DNA of 64,000 nt from an uncultured Oscillospiraceae bacterium (lineage in GTDB: Bacteria; Bacillota; Clostridia; RUG12999): the NCBI GenBank assembly GCA_964418245.1, contig CAYQKW010000003.1, forward strand, positions 2,977 to 66,976. The letters are read 5' to 3'. Shown here in pieces: positions 34,374 through 43,700 of this stretch; positions within the stretch are counted from its first letter, which is position 1, and the number at the start of each line of letters is the position of its first letter. A program made the translations under genes and the position numbers. A model generated the notes under the pieces. That model saw nothing but the letters and a program-made list of their open reading frames with translations. It ran no database searches and was not told where the DNA came from.

Positions 34374-35338
34374 ATCTTTTCTCCCGTTATTTTTATATCG
34401 ACACCGTATTTTTCCTTTATATATCTTATATTTTCTTTTTTGTTTCCGACCGCCTGTGAAACATATTTCTGCGGTACGTTCATTGTTAAATTTTCTTTCC
34501 CGATATGTGTTAAAACATATTCTTCTTCTTTGTTCCTCCAAAGTCTTGAAAGCACAAGCTCGCCGAAACTGCTGTGATACGCACCGCCGAGAATGTTCCC
34601 TTTTTCGCATATAATATCCGTTGATTGCAATCCCATGCGTATTACACGTATGTTTTTCCCGTCAAAAAGGTTGTAAAGCCGACTGCACAGTTCCACCGTT
34701 GTATCAAGGCTGTACGGAACATATTCTCCGCTTTTGTACAGTTTTGCAAGATGCGTTCCCTCAAGCACTACCGTAGGATAAATCCTCACGGTTGACGGGT
34801 TCAGCTCCGCAATTTTAACACCCGTTTCAAAATCCTTTTCGGGTGTGGATTTAAACAGCCCGGTCATCATCTGCAAGCCGATTTCAATATCGTATTTCCC
34901 GATAAGTTCAACCGCCTTTGCAACATCATCGGCAATATGCCCTCTGTTATTTGCGGCAAGTACGCCGTTATCCATTGACTGCACCCCAAGTTCAACCGCG
35001 GTTACATGATATTTTTTCAGCCTTTCGAGAATCGGTTCGGATATGTAATCCGGTCTTGTTGATATTCTTATTCCGCTTATGCTTCCGTTTTTATAAAATT
35101 CATTTGCCGCTTCAAGAAGGCTTATCTGTTCTTCTTCGTCAATTCCCGTGAAACTGCCGCCGAAAAACGCCGCCTGTATATCACCGTGCATTGTTTTGAT
35201 ATATTCGGATATTGTTTTTTTTACATCGGATGCCGTAACGCCGGTTGAACGCCCTGTAATTTTTTTCTGATTACAGAAACTGCAATCGTGCGGACAACCG
35301 AAATGCGGAACAAAAATCGGTATGTTATAATGTCTCAT
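34370..35338 (-). CDS. radical SAM protein (Elp3/coproporphyrinogen-oxidase-like family; exact function unknown)
   Basis: CxxxCxxC cluster motif FGCPHDCSFCNQ near the N-terminus. 322 aa. ATGA overlap with rnc upstream. Confidence 0.8.
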   Translation of the reverse strand: MRHYNIPIFVPHFGCPHDCSFCNQKKITGRSTGVTASDVKKTISEYIKTMHGDIQAAFFGGSFTGIDEEEQISLLEAANEFYKNGSISGIRISTRPDYISEPILERLKKYHVTAVELGVQSMDNGVLAANNRGHIADDVAKAVELIGKYDIEIGLQMMTGLFKSTPEKDFETGVKIAELNPSTVRIYPTVVLEGTHLAKLYKSGEYVPYSLDTTVELCSRLYNLFDGKNIRVIRMGLQSTDIICEKGNILGGAYHSSFGELVLSRLWRNKEEEYVLTHIGKENLTMNVPQKYVSQAVGNKKENIRYIKEKYGVDIKITGEKI

Positions 35339-36021
35339 AAAGTTTTTCCGCCCAATTTGGAAATGATATTTTTTGCCGCCATCTGTTCAGCCGCTTTTTT
35401 TGTTCTGCCCGTTCCGCTTGCCTGAAGTTTTCCCACAGAAACTCTGGCTCTGTATTCTTTCATATGGTCCGGACCTTTTTCGTCTATTATGGTGTAAACG
35501 GCTTGTCTGCCTTTTTCTTGCTGTACAATCTCTTGAAGAGTGGTTTTATAGTCCTTTTTACCGGCACAACCGGCAGTATCTTTGATTTTATCTTCAATCA
35601 ATGGCATAAAAAACTTCCTTGCGCATTCAATCCCACCGTCAATATAAACGGCTCCGAGCATAGCTTCAACCAAATCCGCAAGAATTGACGGACGCTCTCT
35701 TCCGCCCATATTCTCTTCCCCATGACCGAGAAGCAGTTCCTTGCCGAGTTCAAGCCTGACCGCAATTTCATACAAACTTTCTTCGCACACCACAGCGGCA
35801 CGAAGTTTTGTGAGGAATCCCTCCGGCAAATCCGGATAATTTGTATATATGTAATCGCTTACAATTATACTTAAAACGGAATCTCCCAAAAACTCAAGTC
35901 TTTGGTTGCTTCCTTTATGCGTTCTTCGGTGTTCGTTGGTATAAGACGTATGGGTTCTTGCAAGATTATACAAACTCTCGTTCTTAAATTTATATCCGGC
36001 AAACATATACATTATATTCAT
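35335..36021 (-). CDS. rnc: ribonuclease III
   Basis: Signature NQRLEFLGDSVL, a second acidic cluster ADLVEAMLGA, and a C-terminal dsRBD (GRTKKAAEQMAA). Confidence 0.92.
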   Translation of the reverse strand: MNIMYMFAGYKFKNESLYNLARTHTSYTNEHRRTHKGSNQRLEFLGDSVLSIIVSDYIYTNYPDLPEGFLTKLRAAVVCEESLYEIAVRLELGKELLLGHGEENMGGRERPSILADLVEAMLGAVYIDGGIECARKFFMPLIEDKIKDTAGCAGKKDYKTTLQEIVQQEKGRQAVYTIIDEKGPDHMKEYRARVSVGKLQASGTGRTKKAAEQMAAKNIISKLGGKTL

Positions 36022-36048
36022 CCCTCTTACTTTTTATTACTATATACT

Positions 36049-36077
36049 ATTATACAGTTATATTAAAAAAAAGTCAA
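36049..36077 (-). promoter_or_regulatory. sigma-A promoter of rnc operon
   Basis: Minus strand: TTGACT (36077-36072), 17-nt spacer, TATAAT (36054-36049), about 28 nt upstream of the rnc ATG. Confidence 0.5.
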
Positions 36078-36168
36078 GTATTTTTATTGACGAAACAAAA
36101 ATTTTGAGTTTGCGCCGGTACCGGATTGTTTTATTGCCACGGCAATGCATGGTGCTTTCGGTGCAGTG

Positions 36169-36204
36169 AAAAACGGCACAGCGATTTATAAAACCGCTGT
36201 GCCG
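36169..36204 (-). terminator. Rho-independent terminator ending locus B
   Basis: Minus strand: CGGCACAGCG-GTTTTATAAAT-CGCTGTGCCG (10-bp stem) followed by TTTTT. Located 41 nt after the stop of the 975-aa gene. Confidence 0.7.
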
Positions 36205-36244
36205 CAAAAACCTTTGTATGTATCTATCAGGATTCAATCTGTTT

Positions 36245-39172
36245 TTATTTTACGTCGGCAAAAGGACTTAAGTTTCCGCCCAACATCATTATCTTCACAC
36301 TGCTTTCGTTTGTCACACCCGAAAGTGTACCGGAAAGTGTTTGTTTGTTGTTATTTTTGGCAACAGTGTTTTTAACAATATTGAGGTTTATGAGTTTATT
36401 TCCGTCATATTCTGCAATCGCAACATAAACGTCCAAACCTTCTTCATATCCGCTGAAATTATAAACATCGGCATTGAACGAGAGAGCGCCGTCTTTAACT
36501 TCTTTTACTCCGTTTTCAATAAGAAGTCCGTTTGTTATGAGTTTTGCTCTTGCCTTGAGTGCGGCTATCGTTGCATCATCAACAGGCATAGCTATATTTT
36601 TTGCACGGGCAAGTGCAATCCAGCCGTCGATATTATAAACATAATCAATGTTCTCGGCATTCATTGCATCTACATTTGCCGGAATATTCGCAAGACCGGC
36701 TTTTATTGTTTTTGCGGACGGATAAACCTCTGTCATTGCAAAAACGAATATATTCGGTTCTTCATAATTTTCTGTAAGTTTTACACTTACCGCTTTTTTT
36801 GACGGGTCGGCAACTATATCATAATCATAGATATATACATACTGTTCCCAGCCTTTGGAATTTACTTTCACATAACCGGGTTGTTTGTCGCTGTAGTCGT
36901 ATCTTACCTGATAACCCGTTATAACCGGAGTTTTATCTTCGGGATATGTGTTTACGGGGCTTCCGCAGTTTCCGCCGAACATATGGATATTCAACGTACC
37001 TTTTGATGTGCTTCCGTCTTCATATACCACTTCATATCTAAGAATACCGCCGTTGGAATTACTGTACGAACGTCTTGCGGCAAGAATTGAAATGCGGTCG
37101 GTTTGTTTTCCGCTCAATGCAATTTCTTGAGTATATCTTTTTGTTCCGTCGGTTTCTTTGTATAAACCGAAAGCGTTCTTGTTATATTCGGTAAGACTGC
37201 CGAATTTATATTTAAGACCGTTGTATTTAACATAACCATCGGAATCCTGTGCATTTATAACAGCTTCACTTTCAAACCAGATTTTACCTTTTTCTTTGCC
37301 TTTTTCTTCCCAGGTAATCAGATTATTGCCCACAAATCCAAGTTGAGATTTATTCACATCGTTTTCATGCATAAACGCATCGTATTCAAAATAGTTACTC
37401 AAATCAACAATGGCATATTCCTCAATCAAATCGTTGTATGCGTTTTTTAATGCGTTCACTTTTTCGGAATTGTAATCGGAATCCGTAACTCCGCCTTTTG
37501 TTTTTGCAAAATCTATATAGCCGAACAGCTCGCTCATCTGTGCCGCCGTGTAGCTTTCGATATTTGCAGTATTGTAATTTTCAAGCATAGCATCAATTTT
37601 AGCCGAAATCTCGCCTACAGTTTCGTATACTTCGGTAACACTGAAAATTGCAATGTTGTCTTGCGCAGACTTTTTGAGAGTTATTGACGAAACTTTTTTG
37701 CCGCCGTCAACAGGCAGTCTATAAGCATAAATTAAACCGACCCCACCGTCATATTCCATATTTGCATATGCTCCGTTGCTTCTGTTACGGTATAAGTATC
37801 TCTTTACGTCCTTAAGAATATTTGCTTCCGTTGTTTCGTCCTGAACATCCCATTGCCCGATTTCCTGTGTTTTAACTTCGCTTTTCGTACCATCGGAATA
37901 ATTTATAACATAAGACAAGGTTTTGTTACCCCAAGCCCATTCCGATGCCGTTATATAAACGGAATCAAGTTCATTGCCGCTCAAAGGAATTGTTGTATCT
38001 TTTGTCAAAAGCACACCGTTATATGCTCTGCCGCTGAGATTGCCGAATTTGTAATCAATTCCGTTTACGCTTAAAACTCCGTCTTTCATATCTTTTTCAA
38101 GATTTGCGGCATTATACCACTGTTCTTTGCCGTTATCAGTCGGACTGTTTTTTGTTGCGTCAAGATTTGCCTGTAAATCTTCGACACTGTCTGTGGTTTT
38201 TGCGAAATAGTCTGCTGTGAAATATTCTTCGATGTCCACGGGTGATGTTTTAAATTCTTCTGCACGTATTCTTTTATTGATGGTCGAAACCGTTTCGTAA
38301 TCGGTCACATCGACAGAATCAAGACCGTTTTCAAGTGCAAATTTCGCATAATCGGCAAATTTGAGTGCCGCTTCTCTGTTTGTATCATCGATTGTTTTGT
38401 AGCAATCTGAATTTGCATTGATATATTCTGCCATTGCCGCGGTTGTTTCATATACCTTTGTAACCGCAAATATTGCAGCTTCCGAGCCTGTATAATTGGT
38501 TGATTTTTTAAACGTTACCGATTTTGCTCTTTTTTGTTTTGTTACGGGAATGTTTGCCGAATTGATACATGCATTGTCTCCGCCGTAATAGAATGAATCG
38601 ATTTCTTCCGTTTCAATTCCTTCTACTTTCTTATAGCGGTGCACCCATCTTTTTGTGTTTACAATAAGAGATGCCGGTTCTTCCTGCGGATTCCAGTCTT
38701 CAATATCAATTGAGGAAAGGACATCGGACGTACCGTCTGTATAGTTTACGATATAGCTTATTGTATCATTTCCGCTTCTTCTGCCCGTTGCGGCAATGCT
38801 TATATAATCGAGATATTCATCACCAAGGTCGATTGTGACATCGTTCACCAAAAGAATAGCATTTTTGTCATGCCCCTCAACACTGCCGAATTTGTACGGA
38901 ATATTTCCTTTTGTTATAACGCCGTCCTCAGCGGTCTGTTCAAAAGCATCGCCGTAAAACCATTGAGTGCCGCCGAAGCCTGTTCCGTATTCGGGTGACA
39001 AACCATTATCGTAATCCGATTCCTTAACAAAAAAGTCGTTTGTAAACTTTTCTGTCAAATCAACACAAGACGTACCGGGGACGTTTGAGGTTGCGGCAAA
39101 AGCCGTGAAAGATGATAAAACTCCCATGAGCATTAAAACCGAAAGTGTTAATGCCAAACATTTTTTCTTCAT
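36245..39172 (-). CDS. secreted protein with three tandem copies of an unrecognised ~210-230-aa beta-rich domain, each followed by a helical linker, + shared C-terminal module
   Basis: Signal peptide MKKKCLALTLSVLMLMGVLSSFTAFA, GGAGGA RBS. Repeat landmarks: (V/I)D(L/I)..(K/Y)F..D(F/Y)F at the start, G(N/I/L)(I/D/K)YKFG(S/N)(V/L), (T/I)(I/L)(S/R)Y(I/V/E)V(N/V)Y.DG(T/S), and ending IF(A/S)VT(K/E)VYET. C-terminal VYVAIAEYDGNKLINL...VKIMMLGG. Confidence 0.7.
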   Translation of the reverse strand: MKKKCLALTLSVLMLMGVLSSFTAFAATSNVPGTSCVDLTEKFTNDFFVKESDYDNGLSPEYGTGFGGTQWFYGDAFEQTAEDGVITKGNIPYKFGSVEGHDKNAILLVNDVTIDLGDEYLDYISIAATGRRSGNDTISYIVNYTDGTSDVLSSIDIEDWNPQEEPASLIVNTKRWVHRYKKVEGIETEEIDSFYYGGDNACINSANIPVTKQKRAKSVTFKKSTNYTGSEAAIFAVTKVYETTAAMAEYINANSDCYKTIDDTNREAALKFADYAKFALENGLDSVDVTDYETVSTINKRIRAEEFKTSPVDIEEYFTADYFAKTTDSVEDLQANLDATKNSPTDNGKEQWYNAANLEKDMKDGVLSVNGIDYKFGNLSGRAYNGVLLTKDTTIPLSGNELDSVYITASEWAWGNKTLSYVINYSDGTKSEVKTQEIGQWDVQDETTEANILKDVKRYLYRNRSNGAYANMEYDGGVGLIYAYRLPVDGGKKVSSITLKKSAQDNIAIFSVTEVYETVGEISAKIDAMLENYNTANIESYTAAQMSELFGYIDFAKTKGGVTDSDYNSEKVNALKNAYNDLIEEYAIVDLSNYFEYDAFMHENDVNKSQLGFVGNNLITWEEKGKEKGKIWFESEAVINAQDSDGYVKYNGLKYKFGSLTEYNKNAFGLYKETDGTKRYTQEIALSGKQTDRISILAARRSYSNSNGGILRYEVVYEDGSTSKGTLNIHMFGGNCGSPVNTYPEDKTPVITGYQVRYDYSDKQPGYVKVNSKGWEQYVYIYDYDIVADPSKKAVSVKLTENYEEPNIFVFAMTEVYPSAKTIKAGLANIPANVDAMNAENIDYVYNIDGWIALARAKNIAMPVDDATIAALKARAKLITNGLLIENGVKEVKDGALSFNADVYNFSGYEEGLDVYVAIAEYDGNKLINLNIVKNTVAKNNNKQTLSGTLSGVTNESSVKIMMLGGNLSPFADVK

Positions 39173-39198
39173 AAATAAATCCTCCGTTTTTCTAAATT

Positions 39199-40707
39199 TT
39201 AGTTTTCAAAAAAGTTTATTTCCGTTATGCTGTTCCAACCGGTCGAGCTGTTGCCGTGACCGGCATATTTTAGATAGCGAAAACTTGTTTTAAGGCTTGT
39301 TATCTCATAATCGTTGGTTACTCCGCTGCTTTTTCCCGTAAATACCTGTGTCCAGTTTTCTCCGTCGCTTGATACATACAAGTCGTATACAGCTTTTCTG
39401 GCAGCTCCGTTGCTCCAGGCAATTGCAACATTATCGATATAACCTTCTTCACCGAGGTCAAACATTATCCATTGTTCATATTCGGCGGACCACCTGGTAT
39501 TAAGATTTCCGTCAATTGTATTTTCGGGAATGTTGCCGTCGTGGGTTGATGCCGTGACCGTTTTGACCCTGACTTCGTCGCCGATAAGTTCTTTTGCCAA
39601 TGTATAAACCCCATCGGAATCCTGATATATACTTGTTCGGTACATTTTATCGACCAACTTTGCAATAAGAGCTTTTTCAACCGTTTTTTGCGGTTCGGGA
39701 AATTTGTTCTCGTCCGCAATCACAATCAAACCGCTGTCGTCCCAGAAAACATATTTACCGAGTGCTTCCGACACAGCACGAATAGGTACCATTGTTCTGT
39801 CATCTGTAATGTACGAAGCAGCATCTATGAGCTTTGTTTCGCCGTTTACGGTTATGCTCGCCTCTCCGACCGTTAAGTTTACTGTGTTGTTACCCCCTTT
39901 CAATGTGATTTTATTCGTTTCTTCCTCCCAGTCAAGAGATACACCGAATGCTTCTGCAACAAAACGCAGCGGCACATAGGTGCGGTCGTCAAGCACCACA
40001 GGCTTAACCTCGGAAGACCTGTTATCAATTCTTTTGAACTGACCTTGCACCAGTGCTTCGTCGGAGCCGACAAGAAGAACGACCGAATCATTCAGTTTTG
40101 TATCAAATTTATCTTCAAACGGCATTATATCATAGCTTGAAAGGAGTGTTTCGCCGCTGTAGGCATAAACATCATCCAGTTCGCCGCCGTCGGAAAATTT
40201 AAAATCCATACCCCTTATGCCGTCGAGTGTAAAGGCGTTTTTTGCGACCTTGACATCGTCAACGTAAAGAAAAGCGGTTTTATTTGATACCACAACCGAA
40301 ATTTTCTTCACTTCTCCGAAGGGCAGTGTTACACCGCCCTCGGAATTGTTTACAGCAAAATTCATGAAATTTTCAACATAAAATTTTGAATTTACAAAAC
40401 CCAACGCAAGAGTTCCGTTTTCGGGAAGTTTAACCTTAAATTCCGCAACAAACGGGATATTGAGTTTGCCGAACTGCTTTTGGAGCGAACTTACACCGCC
40501 GATTTTCAAAAGCATATTATTACCGTTTTTCACAATTTCGGCGTTTCCGTCAATCTCCCAATTCGGAATATCTGACACGGAATAACCCTCAAATTCTTCT
40601 TTATATTGAAGTGTTACCTCGTCAAAAGTTTCTTCCGCCGACACGGAAAGACCCGAAAAGAGCATTGCAATAAGCATCAATAAAGCATATTTATTTATCT
40701 TATTCAT
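39199..40707 (-). CDS. secreted protein: jelly-roll-like N-domain + two copper-amine-oxidase-N-terminal-like (stalk) repeats + C-terminal F5/8 type C (discoidin/CBM32-like) domain
   Basis: Start set to ATG 40707 (MNKINKY; GAGGAG RBS). The ORF-track GTG 40722 overlaps the upstream stop. LDDRTYVPLRFVAEAFGVSLDWEE and TDDRTMVPIRAVSEALGKYVFWDD are CuAO-N-like repeats. NTIDGNLNTRWSAEYEQWIMFDLGEEGYIDNVAIAW is a discoidin-domain signature. Confidence 0.7.
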   Translation of the reverse strand: MNKINKYALLMLIAMLFSGLSVSAEETFDEVTLQYKEEFEGYSVSDIPNWEIDGNAEIVKNGNNMLLKIGGVSSLQKQFGKLNIPFVAEFKVKLPENGTLALGFVNSKFYVENFMNFAVNNSEGGVTLPFGEVKKISVVVSNKTAFLYVDDVKVAKNAFTLDGIRGMDFKFSDGGELDDVYAYSGETLLSSYDIMPFEDKFDTKLNDSVVLLVGSDEALVQGQFKRIDNRSSEVKPVVLDDRTYVPLRFVAEAFGVSLDWEEETNKITLKGGNNTVNLTVGEASITVNGETKLIDAASYITDDRTMVPIRAVSEALGKYVFWDDSGLIVIADENKFPEPQKTVEKALIAKLVDKMYRTSIYQDSDGVYTLAKELIGDEVRVKTVTASTHDGNIPENTIDGNLNTRWSAEYEQWIMFDLGEEGYIDNVAIAWSNGAARKAVYDLYVSSDGENWTQVFTGKSSGVTNDYEITSLKTSFRYLKYAGHGNSSTGWNSITEINFFEN

Positions 40708-40718
40708 TTTTCTTCTCC

Positions 40719-43700
40719 TCACTTTGTGTAAACAGGTACGTTGTTACCGTTTGCGTTACTTTCCCATTTAAAGCCTTCGGGGATTTTCACTTCATCGGCA
40801 ACAACAAGTTCGCCGTTTGCAATTTCAAATTGGAAGTTCGACACTTTCAAATCGGTTGTTTTGCCGTTATATGCCGCATTATCCGCATTGAGCATAATTC
40901 CGGTAATTTTACCGTCTTTATTCTTCTTTATATAAATCCCCTCTGCATTTACCTTAAATCCATCAATTTCAATTTCACGTTTTCCGTTTTTCGAAGCGAT
41001 ATACGAAATCTGCGAACCGTCGGCCAGCTGTGCCGTGAAACCGGTGAGATACGAATCGGTCAGTTCGAGTTTTGATGTTGCTTTCACTTTATCGTTCATG
41101 TCGGGATACGGAACAATCAAAGAAATTGCCAGCTGGTTGCCCGCACCTTTCCATTTAACGTGCGTATCAATCTTCGGTTTTTGACCGTAGCTCTGATAAG
41201 TCTGCCAGCCGTACACCGTTTCTCCGTTGTTTTCGTTTACACCGCAGTAGGTTTCGTAATCAAGATTTTCATTGTTGAAATTGTAGATTGATATGTTTGC
41301 ACCCTCTGCATCAAGTGTTTTTATAAGATTTTTATTTCTGTTAATCATAAATTCATCTTCGGTAAATTCGTGGTTTACCGCCCACACCTGTGTGTAATCG
41401 TGTTCCGAATCCGTTTTCATTATATCGGTTGAAACGAATATTTCGGACTCTCTGTCGAATATAACCTGTCTGTTATGAGTAACATCATCAACGATAAGTT
41501 TTTTCTTTGAATAATCACCTGTCATTCCATAGCCGTAATCATAAAAGCTTTCGGTAAAGTCAAATTTTTCGGTATTAAGCCAGCGTGCCGCAATCGGGTC
41601 GGTATATGCCGTTGTGGGTTCTGCCGCCGCCGCCATTGTTTGGGAATATCCGTCAACCGAAATTGTATTTGCACCGAACGAACTTAAAATGTAATATTCA
41701 AAAAAGTCCGTGCCGTAATTTGACTGTCCGCTGTCGGCAAGAAGTTCTCTGCCGTATGCCCAAAGCTGAAGAGCGTTGCCCGATTCGTCATGGTGTCCGC
41801 TTCCTTTTCGTGAGCCTTTCATGAACATATTAACGGCATTATCACCCGTCCAATCGGTTCTTAACGAATAAAAGCCGCCGTATGGGAACTGAATCGAATT
41901 AAAGTCCAGTTCAGAATTTTCGGTGCCGTTTACGGCAATTTTAAAATTCTTGAGCATTTGATTATAAGGTATTTTACCGCCTATATTTCCGTTACGCAAA
42001 CTCGGACCCACATCATCCGGAAAACGCAGTGTTTTCAGCATTCTTGTTCTGTATGCTATAACCTCGTCAAGTCTGTCGTAAAAATTGGGTTTAACACTGT
42101 CGTGTGCAAACATTTCTTTAAATTCCTCGGCTTTTTCAATCAAGGCTTCGTTATAGTTGAACGATTGTTCAACATCCGCTCCGTCAGGAAGATAGAGCAG
42201 TGTTAGATAGTCGTTTATTATTTCGATTCCTCGGTCGTAATATCCTTTGCAGACAGAGAAATCTTCAAAGAAGCTGTTTGCCGTGACAAGCGATATTGCC
42301 GCATCTATAACCTGATTCGGAGTGTCGTTTGAGGCGGAGTTTGCAACAAGATTATCAACATAATCAATGGTTCTGACAATCATCGATGCAAGATATGCTC
42401 CGGGGATTGCCGCCTCTGTGTTCTGCGGCGAATATCTTGCCGCCGCACCGAGCTGACTTACAAAGTTGCCGAGTTTCCATGAAACGTGAAGCGGCGGCAT
42501 ATACGTTGAGCCGATTGCTGTATGTTTTGTTGCATTTGTCGAATTATACGCTTCAAGCCATGCATCGTAATTGTTTTTCGCAAAATCCTCCCACACAAGT
42601 GCCCAGCGTTTCATATATTTTACATCACCGTTTTCCAAAAATGCTTCAACGAAATTATATGGGAAATGCATTGAGCTTATATTTGTCCACCAGCTTGTAT
42701 TTTCCGCCGGTGAATCCTGAAACCATTCTATATTTCCGATTTCTCCCAAAGACATTTTAACATATCCCGCCGGGTGATTCATTACAACAATATTGTTCAT
42801 AATATCTTCAATATCCGTCTGCATACACCATGCGACCATTTCGGGAGCATATTTTTTGCTTGCCTTATTGACAAATCTTTCTTTATAAAGTTCCATAGCT
42901 TTTCCGTAGTTACCGCTTTCGTATTCCGATTTTATCACCGCGAGAGATTTATCGGAAAAATCAATGAGCGCAAACAAGCTTTCGGCAGTGGTTTTAAGTG
43001 TTTCGGTATCGTAGTGATATTCCAAAGTATTGCTTATTTCTTTTATGATTTCATCACTGTAGCAATTACGGACATTATCGCCGATGATTACCAGACCGTT
43101 TTCATTGATATAAACACCCGTATTGAAAATTTCTTTTATGCGTTCACTGCTTACAAACGCTGTATCTCTTGATGTGACACTGTCTGTCAGATACTTTTTC
43201 ACACCATTGTACAAAACCGTCGGATGTGAGTCTTCATATCCGACTTCCGCACCCAAAGCTTCGGATATGAACCGAACAGGAAGATAAGTGACGCCGTCTT
43301 TTGAAAAGACTTTGCATTTATAATCCCCCTCTTTTATTTCGCGGCGTTCTTTGTTTATATATCCCGTGTTCACTCCGTTTTTCAAAACAATTTTGCCCAA
43401 AAGAATCTGATTGGGTACCTGCACAGGTTTGCTTTGCACCGCTTCACCGATTGCACCGGTTGAAAGTGCCGTGGGAACAACCTCAAACTTAATCCATTTA
43501 CCGCAGTCTTCGGCTGTGAGTGTATACGTAACCTTATCAGCACCGGAAATTTCGGTATATTCACCGTCTTTGGAATCGGAACAATACCATTTATAAAGGC
43601 TTTCGCCTTCTTCATGCTTTGCCGGATGCACATAATCATAGCAACCTGTCAGCACCGTATTGTCTATTACCGGTTTTTCAATCATCACATTCGCCGCCAT

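Noticed and set aside
33777-34610. N-terminally extended ORF-track models: engB 277 aa; lyase to 44687; PL8 to 11090; permease to 53136; GH29 to 32139; recN from 61929; 59699 start; ptsH TTG 4743.
   Set aside because: The extensions overlap the upstream gene or have no RBS. Internal ATG/GTG starts sit 5-9 nt after GGAGG-like RBSs and begin with a signal peptide or the conserved family N-terminus.
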